Shown here piece after piece: positions 39,480-50,964 of a DNA stretch of 64,000 nt. The stretch is taken from positions 50,966,001 to 51,030,000 of the forward strand of contig NC_045707.1 of assembly GCF_009834535.1 (NCBI RefSeq), given 5' to 3'. Each line of letters opens with the position of its first letter. The stretch's first letter is position 1. A program made the position numbers and the translations under genes. This stretch comes from Camelus ferus. Lineage: Eukaryota. The notes beneath the pieces were generated by a model, which was not told the DNA's origin, ran no database searches, and worked only from the letters and a program-made list of their open reading frames with translations.

Positions 39480-40260
39480 TTTCAAATTCATTATTCTGAA
39501 TTAAGGCAGTCTTAGAGGTAATGAAGAGTGTGGAACAATTGGAAAAGATTAAAAAGGGAGAATTTAAAAAACATAAAAACTTGTTTGAATGTGTTGAATA
39601 CATGTACAAAGAAAATTCCCAAGTATTTTGGTTAAAGAGTAGATAGATATAGATATCATTCATCAAGTTATATTCAGAAGAAGAGAAGATTTGGAAGAAG
39701 AGGAAAGTTCTGGTTTGAAGATTTTCTAAGTGGAGAGTTCCACTAGTCATTTGTAGCTCAACAATTAGGTCTGGGTAAAAGATACACATTTGGATGTTAT
39801 TAGCATAGAAACATTAATATAATGTGTGGATATGGATGACTTATCACAAGGACAATGTAAAAAAGGAGAAATAATAAAAGCTTAGGATGCTGTTATGTGA
39901 AAGACTGATGTTTATTAAGTAAAATATGGGAAGACCACAAAGGAGACAAGAGAGCTATGTACAAGAAAATCCAGGAAACAATTATACAACAAACTTTAAG
40001 AGATGGTGCCTTTCAAGGACTAGGGTGCTTAGCAATGATAGAGAACAGAAGAGAGGAGGTAAAAGACACCAATAGAAATGCTTCCTCTGGATCTGACTGT
40101 CAGAGGTTGCTGGTGATGACCAAAATTTCAGTGTGTCAGAAGTTGAAGCTAGATAGCAGTTGATAAACAGTAAGAGAAAATAAAGATGTATTAGAAGGAG
40201 TGAGTATAGCCTATTCTCTCTAAAAGTTAGAAAAGAAAAAGATTAGGAGAGAAAGAAATG
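39480..40260 (-). mobile_element. L2 fragment
   Basis: gatacacatttggatgttattagcataga; gaggttgctggtgatgacc. Confidence 0.55.
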
Positions 40261-40454
40261 TGATCTGGGGAATTTATTGGATTGGTAGGCAGCATTATAG
40301 CTCTACTTTAAAATATTTAGAACATGGGTTGGTATTTCAGATGTTTTAAAAATAATTTATATCTTTATTTCGCAAAATTATTGTTTGGTAAATGTTCCTA
40401 AGTGTGCTTTAGTTAAATTTGTACTTGTTATATGTGAGATAAATGAAATTACAA

Positions 40455-41825
40455 AATCACAAAAGTTAACTAAAAATGAGTTAAAGACTGAAATGTAAGA
40501 TCTAAAACCATGAAACTCCTAGAAGAAAACATAGGAATAAAGTTACTTACATGGGTCTTGGTAATGATTTTTTGGATATGACAAATAAAGCACAAGCAAC
40601 AAAATTACAAAATAAACAACTGGGGCTACATCAAATTAAAATGCTTCAGCACAACAAAAACAAACAAATGAAAAAAACAACCATCAACAAAGTGAAAAGA
40701 CAACCTATGGAATGGAGAAAAATATTTGTAAATCATTTATCTGAAAAGACATTAACAGCAAAAATATATAAAGAATTCATACAACTTAATAGCAAAAAAC
40801 CAAATAATTCAAAAATGGGCAAAGGACCTGAATAGACACTTCTCCAAAGAAAATATACAAAGGGCCAATAGGTACATGTAAAGATGCTCAACATCACTAG
40901 TCATCAGGGAAATACAAATTAAAACCATAAAAAGATATCATTTCATGCCTGTTAGACTGGCCATCATCCAAAAGACAAGCAACAACAAATGATGGCACAG
41001 TTGTGAGAAAAGGGAACCCTTGTGCACTGTTGGTGAGATTGTAAGTTGGTGCAGCCACTATGGAAAACATTATGGAGTATCCTCAAAAAATAAAATATAG
41101 AACTATCATATGATTCAGCAATTCCACTTTTGGGAACATATCCAAAGATAAAAAAGACTCACTAGCTTAAAAGATATCTACACTCCCATGTTGATAGCAT
41201 TATTTACAATAGCCAACACATGGAAACAACCTAAGTGTCCACTGATGAATGAATGAAGAAATTGTGCTATATATTGTATTCAGCTATATAAAATGACTGC
41301 AACAATATAGATAGACCTTGACATCATTATGCTAAGAGAAATAAGTCTGACAGAGGACAAATACTATATAGTCTTAGGTGTGGAATCTAAAAAAAAAAAA
41401 CAAAGACAAAAACAAAAGAATCCCAAACTCACAGAAAAAGAGCTCAAACTTCTGGTTACCAGAGGTGGAGGGTGAGGGGAGGGGGAATTAGAGGAAGGTA
41501 GTCAAAAGCACAAACTTTCAGTTATAAGGTAAATAATAATAGAGATATAACGTGCAACATGATGACTATAGCTATCATTTCTATATGGTATATCATAAAG
41601 TTATTAAGTGAGTAAATCCTAAGAGTTCTCATCACAAGGAGAATTTTTTTCCTTTTTTCTTTTATTTTTATTGTGTATATATATAATATACATATGAAGG
41701 TGGATGTTAGCTGAACCTACTGTAGAAATCATTTCACAATATATGTAAATCAAACTATCATGCCATCCACCTTAAATTATATAGTGATATATGTCAATTA
41801 TTTCTCAATAAAACCAGAAAAAAAA
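40455..41825 (+). mobile_element. 5'-truncated L1 (L1MA8/9-like), about 1.4 kb
   Basis: ORF 40551..40835 GLGNDFLDMTNKAQATK...KRQPMEWRKIF is L1 ORF2; 3' end tttctcaataaaaccagaaaaaaaa. Confidence 0.92.
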
Positions 41826-41984
41826 TTACATCCAGTTAGTAGCATATCTCTAGGATTTTTGGAGTCAAGTAAGGTAAAAGAAAAAGGGTTTTAGCGATGT
41901 TGAAACTTAGACTTGTTCACTAGTCCTCTACAGGGTCCTGAATACTAAAGACGAAATTTTTAAGTATGTTGGATAAGAGTTTAC

Positions 41985-42020
41985 TGGATGAGCCAGCTTT
42001 CTTAATAAAACAAAAATCAT
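41985..42020 (-). CDS. Candidate 36-nt symmetric exon, frame unresolved (MIFVLLRKLAHP or DFCFIKKAGSS)
   Basis: Acceptor tttaac-tttttatgtttgattgctttag|; donor CCA|gtaaac. Confidence 0.4.
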
Positions 42021-42279
42021 CTAAAGCAATCAAACATAAAAAGTTAAATTCTGACGCCCAAAACTTTGGGAATCAGAAAGGAAACAAAGGAGCAAATGCT
42101 AAAACTAAGTAGGATTTACATGATAAAATCAGCCATCTTGGATTTAAGAAGAAAAAAAAAATATATATATATATATATGTATAATTCAAAGACAACAAAC
42201 TAAAAAATGGGACAAGAGGGAGAAGAATTTGTTGTTAATTATTCTCACTAGAGTTCTGACATGCAAACTTCTAGGCAAA

Positions 42280-42470
42280 GGTGTCACTTAGTTCTGCCCC
42301 CTAGGACCTGGGAATTTAATCTCCTGAAGCTGAAGAAATCTCCTTCACAAGATTGGAATAATGATGGCAATCTACCTTATGGAGTGCTTGTGAGGATTAA
42401 ATGATGTACTAAAAATTATGCTGTGAGATCAAGAACTGGCACTGAGTCCTCAGCAAAAGTTTGATGAACA
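42280..42470 (+). mobile_element. MIR SINE
   Basis: ggaataatgatggcaatctacc...tgtgaggattaaatga core. Confidence 0.6.
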
Positions 42471-42609
42471 TGATGATTTCATTTCCTCAGTCTAGTTTCC
42501 TAATTCCTCTGATACACTAGAATGGAAAAAAACAGATCTAGGAGTTAAGAGCACTCCCTTCCAAGTTTGTATCACTTTCTAACCAGCAGAGCTGCACCAG
42601 TGAAGTTAC

Positions 42610-42720
42610 CTGGATTGAATTTTCTCATATTTTGAGTACATTTTTAGCCCCCAAATGTTATTATTCAAATACGCCGCATCTCTTTTACACAGTATAAAAT
42701 TAATGAACAGTCACTTATGT
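42610..42720 (-). pseudogene. Candidate exon, 111 nt; best frame phase 2->2 has one TGA: HK*LFINFILCKRDAAYLNNNIWGLKMYSKYEKIQS
   Basis: Strong acceptor (T run then ctttccag|); donor CAG|gtaact; stops in all three frames. Confidence 0.6.
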
Positions 42721-43829
42721 CTGGAAAGAAAAAAAAAAGCCAAGTGACAAGAATCTCACTTTCTTACATAAATAAGAGAAAAAAGTTCAGCTGAAAAAGC
42801 ATCTTCTGTAAACTATTAAGAAAAAAAGTAAAATTAGAAAATATCATTTTCCAGCATTTGAAAGTTCTTTGGCACACTTAGGTTGATTCATACAGATTTG
42901 AATAGTTTACATGTATGGTCAAAGTTAAAATTTGTTTTGACATTTTCTTGGCCTACTATTTGAGAATTTTTAGAATAATTCTTCATAAAATATGATAGGA
43001 CACAATTGTTTTGGAGAACTGCCTCATGAAACTGAATTTTTTTATCCTGATGAAAACACTGTAACTCACTGTTTGTTTAGGTTTCACTAAAGTATACTTG
43101 CCTTTAGAAACACTTGAAAATATTTACTTTAATTATGTGTTAATTAAGAAAAAAATCAACTGGAAAAATGACTCAAAAAACCCCCAACAAAATGTAGAGA
43201 GGTGTCTCAAAAGAAGCCTAGAGAAAAAAAAATTAATACAAAGTAAATATGGATTGAAAGCTAATGGACAACACATAAATGGAGGACATATCACAGTTTA
43301 TGGTTTGAGGTTTCTAAATGTACACTTAATTGCGATATAGAATAAGATGCATTGGCAAAAAATCATCTAATTTCTTAGAAAATATTTAAAGAAACATGCA
43401 AACCTTATGGTGTTTCCTTTTTCAGTCTTAAGTACCTTCCATGGGAAAGTAGTATGGATATGCTATTTTTATTTGGAAAATTTTAAATTATTCTAATACT
43501 ACTATTATTATTTTCCAAGTCAAAAATAAAATAAAAGGAAATATGGAAACTTAAAGTAATCATTCCTATCATAAAACATTTTCTTTTTGTATCATTTATA
43601 AAATTATGATATACCTGTAAATACTATTTCATGGAGCTGGGTGAATTTTTCTCAGTGGTAGCACTTCTAGTTGTCTGATTTTTATGTCAGAAAGAATATA
43701 TTAATTTATAATTAAAATATGTTAGTAAGTAACTAGGAAATGATATAAATATTTCATTAAGTGGGGTATATATCAATTTATAGATGCAAAAAATTTAATT
43801 CATCTTACATGAAAAATCTGCTAACTTAC

Positions 43830-43844
43830 ACGGTAAGATTTTCT
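43830..43844 (-). CDS. 15-nt microexon AGAAAATCTTACCGT
   Basis: cagtcctctttcaacag| ... |gtaagt. Confidence 0.55.
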
Positions 43845-44039
43845 CTGTTGAAAGAGGACTGGCACTAGAGCAAGTTACTGAGGGTGACTAGATCTTTGGA
43901 AATAATCGTAAGTGAAATAAATGGAGATATGATGTTTATATCCTTCATGGAGCTTGCACCTCAATATAAATAAATACACAAATAGACATTTATGTATGTG
44001 TTATTTATATGTTTCTCACTTCATTTGGGCTTTTGCTTA

Positions 44040-44290
44040 AAAATAAGCATTTCAAAATGTTTTCCCAAATCATTCTATATAAAATAGTCCCATTACCTCA
44101 CCTTACTTTGGTTTATAGCACCTACGACTATCTAATACTTTATTTTTTGTATGCTTATCTTCTCCCCTCTTATTAGTGTAAGTCCCATGCAAGTAGGGAT
44201 TGTTTTATTTACCAGCATATCCTAGAATCTACTAAAGTGATTGGAATACAAATGTGCTCAGTAAAAAGTACTTGACTAAATAAATGAAAT
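44040..44290 (+). mobile_element. L2 3' end
   Basis: gtaagtcccatgcaagtagggatt...gtgctcagtaaa...aaataaatgaa. Confidence 0.65.
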
Positions 44291-45391
44291 ACTATTTGTC
44301 TTCTTGAGCAGAGGTTGTTGTTGAGGGTCAGAATATTGTGCCTTGTCCAAGGGTTGGCTTACAATAAAGAACGACTGAATTTTATTTTAATGCTAAAAAA
44401 AAATCCTTGGAGTGTTCAGGAAGATAATATGGCATTTTGTGGAAAATACTTCAGTTCTCACACCCTAAGATATCCCTTATCTAATTTGGGCATATTGTAT
44501 AACCTAATGCAATGTTCAACATTTTCCTCCAAGTTTAGATAAATTGGTTTTCCAAATTATGACCGTCTATAAGTAAAACTATACATAGTGCTATTTCTCA
44601 GTGCTTTACTCTGCCTCTAAGTGAAATTCCTCCTTGGTGGGATTATCCACATCTGGTCCCTATCCAACCCCACTCCCCGCACCCCAGCCAAACAAAACCA
44701 CCACTTCCAGATCTCAGGAAGCTTGGATAATATTCCATGATCCAACTTGGATTCTCAAGTTTAATCTCTCTGCTACCCTCTTAGCTGTTTCCAACTTGTA
44801 TTACGGATCTAATCAATTTCTTAGCTTACATTACTCTCTCTAAATTAAGAGGTTAACTAGACAGGCACAAAGTTCCTTTTCATGTCTTACTCTCTATGAT
44901 TTTATATGATATATATCTCTTGGAACTTCTAATTAGTATATCAGAGGAATAATATATTTCAAACTACTTTTATTTTAAACATCGGCTTCAAAAATAATTT
45001 TAACTTTAAAACAGAAGTCATTTGATCATGGATTAAAACCATAAATATGATCTGCTACTAAGAGTCAATGTTTCTTTACTTATTAACCCCTTCTAAACAA
45101 TCATATCGTAGCATACCATAGCAAAGCTAAATTAGAATTGATGTTATTTACAAATGGGTTGATCTTCTAATAATTTTTTTTTCTAAATTATTTCACAGCA
45201 TTGTACAATTCAGTACTCTGAATTTCTTTTCCAAACTGGGATCTATTATTATATATACTGCTGTTTTTTTCATTCTACCAGATTTATTCTGTCTGTTGTT
45301 AATGTGTTTTCTCTTACAACTAGTACTACCTGCTAATTTTAAAAGGTACAGAGATTTAGGGAAATAAATTATTCAAACACTGGTAACATAC

Positions 45392-45402
45392 TGTATTTCC
45401 TT
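45392..45402 (-). CDS. Possible 11-nt microexon AAGGAAATACA (phase 0->2)
   Basis: Weak acceptor gtatgactag|; donor |gtatgt; restores the best frame into the 42720 exon; 112-nt intron. Confidence 0.3.
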
Positions 45403-45514
45403 CTAGTCATACAATTATGAAAAACCAACATTATTATCTAAGATCCTATGTATATAAATGAAGTGCTAAATTATATTATCTTGACCACACATTTTTAAAC
45501 AATACCAATTATAC

Positions 45515-45531
45515 CTTGTCTCTTTTTGCAT
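45515..45531 (-). CDS. 17-nt microexon ATGCAAAAAGAGACAAG
   Basis: ttttaatattaaaacag| ... AAG|gtataa. Confidence 0.45.
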
Positions 45532-45639
45532 CTGTTTTAATATTAAAATCCACATTTTCTCACATTATCAAAGCCTATTTTTAATAGTTTTTATTTTATA
45601 ACAGTTTTTATTTTTATTTCTAACAGTTTTTATTATCTT

Positions 45640-45845
45640 TTTCAGTTATCTACTACTGCATAACAGAGGAACTTAAAGCTTATGGCTTAAAACAACTTTT
45701 ATTATATCTCATTATTCTGTGGTTGACTGGGCTCAGCTGGGAAGCTCTAATGTACTACATCATGTTGACTGGGCTCACAGTCATCTGGGGGCTCATTTGG
45801 GCTGAACTGTCCAAGGGGGGCTCACTCATATGGCTGACAGTTTAT
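45640..45845 (-). mobile_element. MLT1-family LTR fragment
   Basis: tggcttaaaacaac...tctcattattctgtggttgactgggctcagctggg. Confidence 0.75.
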
Positions 45846-46801
45846 ACAAGTTTTCAGGAACACCATTTTTAACTGCAAAGATCTATACTACATTATAAGA
45901 CAAATATCTCTAAATGGTGGCACAGCATATGATTTTTATTTTATTTTTTTCCTTATCCTTTTCTTAACTTTTAAATCCTGGAAAAATGATTTTTTCTAGG
46001 TTAAAGATGATATTTTCTAGGTTTTATCTGTAATATAATATAAATATCTATAATCTAAGTTCTCTTGTGAACATATATTGCTTTTGTGGCAGGGTATTAC
46101 TATATAATTATTATTCATAAAAAAGTATTTTTCTAAATCAGATTAGCTTACATGTATCAGTTAAAAAATAAATAGTACAATATTTATAGAGGCAAATCAC
46201 AGGCATTCTATATGTAGTTTTGAAGATTTGACAGAAAAATTTTAAAGAGTGCTATGTCCTTTAAGTAGCATTAACTTTGTAAAAGTTAAATTTTTAATTC
46301 TTATCTTATAATTCATCATAATATTTAAAGCATATCCCTTTTCATTCCCTTTTCTTCTCCATTCCCCTCCATACTCCTAGGTATAGTGTAGGGAAACATT
46401 ACAGTGATTTTTTCCCCTAGTTCTTACATTGAAAAAAAAAAAGAAGTTAAAAATATCTTTAATAATCTAGTTTAGGGACAGATGGCGATACAAAAATAAC
46501 AAAGTTTGCCAAAATGATGGCAAAAATGTCACATTTCTCTGAACACTGTCACTGAGCAACAGGAATAAAATTCAAAGCTTCTATGTCCCCTTCCTCAGAA
46601 CTGAAGAGTGTGGTGGAATAACACTATAAGGATCAGTTAAAATAATATTTTCCCCACTTATTTCATTTTGATTAGTTAAACTAAAAGCCTTAACATACAA
46701 ATAATTCAAACTCTATCTCAATTGTCTAGTCATTAAAAACCACAAGGCTGTGTTCTTTTTCCTTCCATGCTAGAAAAATAGAACTTCTTAAATTACTTTA
46801 C

Positions 46802-46816
46802 CTTTAGCTTTCTTTT
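46802..46816 (-). CDS. 15-nt microexon AAAAGAAAGCTAAAG
   Basis: ttccttatcttacag| ... AAG|gtaaag. Confidence 0.6.
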
Positions 46817-47649
46817 CTGTAAGATAAGGAATTGCATCCTTGAATGTTTTACAGCTTTGATCTGATTTTGACTCCAGGGTTAAGAAAATGACAGTAGCTA
46901 TGACTGACTTCCTGGGAGGGCTTGGTCCTTACTCTTCATTCGGCTCACATCCCTCTCAACACCCCTCCCCCCACCACAATTTGACTCAGCATTCTTTGTA
47001 AATTTTTATTAAGTTAAACATATTTTTTTCCTTAAGTGATAAATTAGTTCAGTCAGCAGTTGATAGGAGACTTTGAATTTACTAAAATATTATTCTAATA
47101 CTAGTATTCAGTAACTTTAAATATCCAGTGGAAGACTGGATTCTATTCTTGTGATTTTGGTCAGAGTACTTCTAAACACTCCTGTGAGGCAACTATAGGC
47201 ATCAGAAGAGAGATTTCTTCATTTCTAAATCAGTATCAAACTGGTAGAAACTTCTGGGATTCAAGAAAACACTCTTTTAGCAAAATGATTAGAAACTATA
47301 TGCTTAAAATGTTTATTTTTTTAAAGCATCGTTGTGCCTTTTTGTTCCTGTTGATGAAGTCTAAATCTCTAAGCTCTTTTCATTCATTCATTCACATGTT
47401 CAACAGACATTGTATTAAGCACTAAAATTTATATTAAGTACTAAAATGTGGAAGTAAGGCATCCTCATTATATTTATGAATCTTAAAATTTCTTCATTTA
47501 TACTGGATTATATCTCCAGAAAAGATCAATTAGTAACTTATCTTGTCTGTCTCTATAATGAGGACAGCTCCAAAACATGCTAATAGATTTACAAAATCAT
47601 TAAAAAAAAACGGTGTTAGTGAAAAAAGATAGTGATGAGAGCCATTTAC

Positions 47650-47670
47650 CTTGTTCTGAGGAAGTATTTC
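47650..47670 (-). CDS. 21-nt microexon GAAATACTTCCTCAGAACAAG
   Basis: tactctaaacatag|G ... AAG|gtaaat. Confidence 0.55.
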
Positions 47671-47777
47671 CTATGTTTAGAGTATCAACAATGAATACAG
47701 ACAGCATATTCATTGCCTATAAAAATGATCTGGGGAGGGGTTGTGGGTGAAGGCAGAGAGAATTTATGTAGACAAAC

Positions 47778-47804
47778 CTGACAAAGGATCATTTCTTTGA
47801 GATC
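47778..47804 (-). CDS. 27-nt microexon GATCTCAAAGAAATGATCCTTTGTCAG
   Basis: tttaatacag|G ... CAG|gtttgt; 107-nt intron to the next microexon. Confidence 0.5.
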
Positions 47805-48509
47805 CTGTATTAAATTTCACTTTCTCTATTGAACTAATTGGCTTTGTTGGTGAGGTTTACCAGACATGAAAGCTCCATTCCTGCCCTACATCTGTACCTT
47901 GTTAAATGGCTGGCCACTAAAGATGGCTAAGCTATGACACTAGCTACACCTCAGCAAAGTGTGTATACATTATTCCTTGCTAGGGCTTCTTCCCAAATCC
48001 CTGCCATAAAGACTGAGGCTGGATTAAGTCATAAACATCAAAGATCCCCCACCCCCTCTCTCTCTCTTTTTTTTTTTTTTAAATCTATCCCTTAAAGTTT
48101 AGTTCACAGCTTGCCTTTTGATCCCTTTTCCTTGGGTCCTATGCTGGCTCCAAGTGACCATCCAAAGTTGATGATCTCCCAGAGTGTTTTACAACCTATC
48201 ACAGAACCTTTTCCAAGGAAGAAATTGCCAATCCAATCACAACATTCCATTGTTGAAGATAATTCCTGGAAAGAATGGGACCCCGACTCCCTTTTCTTCC
48301 CTTCAAAAGCTCCACCCTAGTGTGAGTATCTTATTGTGTATCCATTAAGCAACCACTCCATATCACTAGCCTCTCTCTGAAGCTGAAATGATAAGAATGT
48401 GGGAAGTAATCTTTACTGAAAAGAGTAAGATTAGGAAATCTTAAAGATTTTGAGAAATCTTAGCCGTGGCACTGTTGAACCAAACAGAGGAAATAGAGAT
48501 ACAGAGCAC

Positions 48510-48599
48510 CTAATCAAAAGAAATTCTTGGGTAATAAAAAAGCTGCTGTCAGGCTTTTACAGAAAAGAGACAATCTTAATTCTATATTTGTCCATATCT
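48510..48599 (-). pseudogene. Candidate 90-nt exon with a stop, frame unresolved (phase 1: IWTNIELRLSLFCKSLTAAFLLPKNFF*L)
   Basis: Acceptor catttatctcag|; weak donor TAG|gtgctc. Confidence 0.3.
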
Positions 48600-48724
48600 C
48601 TGAGATAAATGTTGCTAAGCAACAAATGATGCTGATTCTCTGTTTTAAAGTCTGAATGATGAACAATTCCTGATAGGAATTGAGGGTACTAGACAATTGT
48701 ATTTAAAGCTCCAATACACCCCAC

Positions 48725-48765
48725 CTATACAAGAGATACATGGCTATTCCAATTCAGACAAGAGT
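48725..48765 (-). pseudogene. Candidate 41-nt exon, a stop in every frame
   Basis: Long pyrimidine tract before tttgtgtag|; donor TAG|gtgggg. Confidence 0.4.
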
Positions 48766-49095
48766 CTACACAAATTTGGAAGATGGAGAAATGAAAGAAG
48801 TGACTGAATGATTTTTTAAAAGATTTAATCTTTTTAATCTCTTTCAATCTCTGTACAGATTTTCTTTGGCCACATATGCTTAAGGGTTTCACCAGAGAAT
48901 TAGGGGTGAAGGTTCCTAAGGACCTCGTTGTTGAGAGCAGGCTGTATTTATAGTCATTCTTAAGGTAACTGAATAGTAATTTACATATTTTTTTCAAGAC
49001 TTAGTGTATATTTAGTTCATTTCAAGATATTCTTACATTATTTTTCATAAAATCCTAAGTAGAATAACTCTTTACATTTATTAAAGGCAATTAGG

Positions 49096-49543
49096 AGTTA
49101 GTACCTGCAAATCCTAAACTCCCAATTTACCCCTCCCCATCCCTTTTCCCCACTGGTAACCATAACTTTGTTTTTTATGCCTGTGAGTCTGTCTCTGTTT
49201 TGTAAATAAGTTCATTTATATTCTTTTCTTAAATACCACATATAAGTGATATCATATGGTATTTTCTCTTTCTGGCTTACTTCACTTACTATAAAGATTT
49301 CCAGGTCCATCTATGTTGCTTCAAATGGCATTATGTTATTATACTACTATATATAAAATAGATAAACAACAAAGTCCTACTGTATAGCACAGGGAACTAT
49401 ATTCAATACCTTGTAATAGCCTATAATGAAAAAAAATATGAAAAGGAATATATATATACATATATTTGTGTATAACTGAATTACTATGCTGTACACCAGA
49501 AATTAATACAACATTGTAAATCGACTAAACTTCAATTTTAAAA
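49096..49543 (+). mobile_element. 5'-inverted (twin-primed) L1 with 13-bp TSD
   Basis: 49096-~49340 antisense L1 3' UTR, ~49343-49543 sense; TSD aaaggcaattagg at 49083-49095 and 49544-49556. Confidence 0.9.
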
Positions 49544-49761
49544 AAAGGCAATTAGGTGATCTGATAGAAATAAAGCAATTGCTAACATTCAGATGCCCTG
49601 AATGGCTAGAGAAGCAGAGCCGTCTGAGAATAGTGTTTCAGTACAACTGATTCCTACTGAGTTGTGCAGCAACTGTTTCATAGACCCTGCTATCAGTTGG
49701 CCAACTGGAGTAAACATTTTGCAGTAATTTGGACTGTCAGAGAGTTAAAATGTTTATGTAC

Positions 49762-49792
49762 CTCCATTGTCACTGAAAGGATTTCTGGTTCT
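49762..49792 (-). CDS. Candidate 31-nt exon, frame unresolved (RTRNPFSDNG or EPEILSVTME)
   Basis: ttccttctcttatacttttggttag| ... GAG|gtacat. Confidence 0.45.
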
Positions 49793-49999
49793 CTAACCAA
49801 AAGTATAAGAGAAGGAATAATAAGTGGCAATAAAAATGATCACCACTCAACCTAATACTAAAAGATACAGATTCAGAATATATATTTTAAAAAGCCACTT
49901 TAATTAAAAATATTAGCTAAGTCAGTGATGAAGCTGAGAACTTAATGCATCCTAAAATTTATTCTACTTAAGGATTATTTGTTCTCTCCTGATTTCAGA

Positions 50000-50300
50000 T
50001 TTACTAGCCACTCCTACTCAATTCTTTTAGACCGATTTCAAATACCACCTCTTTGGTGAAGCTGTCTTTGTCCTCTCTCTGCAAATATACACACCTTCTC
50101 CAGCAGTACTCACTGTTCTCCAAGTGTTCTTAGAACACTTTGTACATAACTGTCATAATTTATTATTAGAGTTAGTTGTTACATATTCCTTTCCCACTAG
50201 CTGTGAAATTATCTAAGGCATGGATAGCATTTTATTAGTAAGTTTATCCCAGGGCTTAATACAGTGTCTAAAACTAAGCAGTCACTAATTAAATACAGGA
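50000..50300 (+). mobile_element. L2 3' end
   Basis: aaataccacctctttggtgaagc...cccactagctgtga...cccagggcttaatacagtgtct. Confidence 0.65.
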
Positions 50301-50497
50301 TTTGGTGGAATGGTGGATATGCAGCCAGTTCCACTAAAAAGTGACCATGGATTACACAAGCAGCTGCCATAGATAACATTTTTTAGCCATAAAAATTCTA
50401 CATTGTTTATTTATCTTTGGTCTCTTAGATCATGCTCCACATGCATCTTTGTTTTCAAAATTATCTGTGTATTATGTTCAGCCAAAAGACAAAATAC

Positions 50498-50571
50498 CTA
50501 TTGACTTAAACAGATTTCCTTTCTGTTAAGAGCTCTTTAAGCAAGTCTCAGAATTTGATGCCTTTTTACAG
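50498..50571 (-). pseudogene. Candidate 74-nt exon with stops (phase 1: VKRHQILRLA*RALNRKEICLSQ*)
   Basis: ttttataatttatttccatag| ... TAG|gtattt. Confidence 0.45.
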
Positions 50572-50964
50572 CTATGGAAATAAATTATAAAATGTGTTAC
50601 CAGAAATAAGGTTTTCCTTTTTTTTTGTATTTAGGACCATTTGTTTCTAGCACATTTATTACAGTTTCCTCCTTGGAGTGTTTTTACTGGTGTTTGTTTA
50701 GATGAAAACTATGAAAATTTTGGTTAGGTACAGAGGATAAAGAATTGCTTTAGGATTACACTGATCTTTTCAGTCTAGGCCACACACAGGAGGCAACACT
50801 GGCAGGGATATCCTCAGCTAATGAACGGATGGCAATGTAGAGAAGGCACTGGATTAGCACTGAAGTCTAATTTAACAAAATCCTATAATGTTCAGTAATT
50901 AAACAATTATTCCTTTTAGGAAAACTAAGGCACTCTTCATCTACCAGCAAGACATTAAGGATAG

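Noticed and set aside
11043..42713. Selenocysteine, readthrough or RNA-editing explanation for the in-frame stops
   Set aside because: Stops are a mix of TAA, TAG and TGA; any stop is one C>T change from a sense codon, so that pattern is not diagnostic
45582..45634. Three degenerate aacagtttttatttt copies
   Set aside because: Ordinary AT-rich slippage duplication
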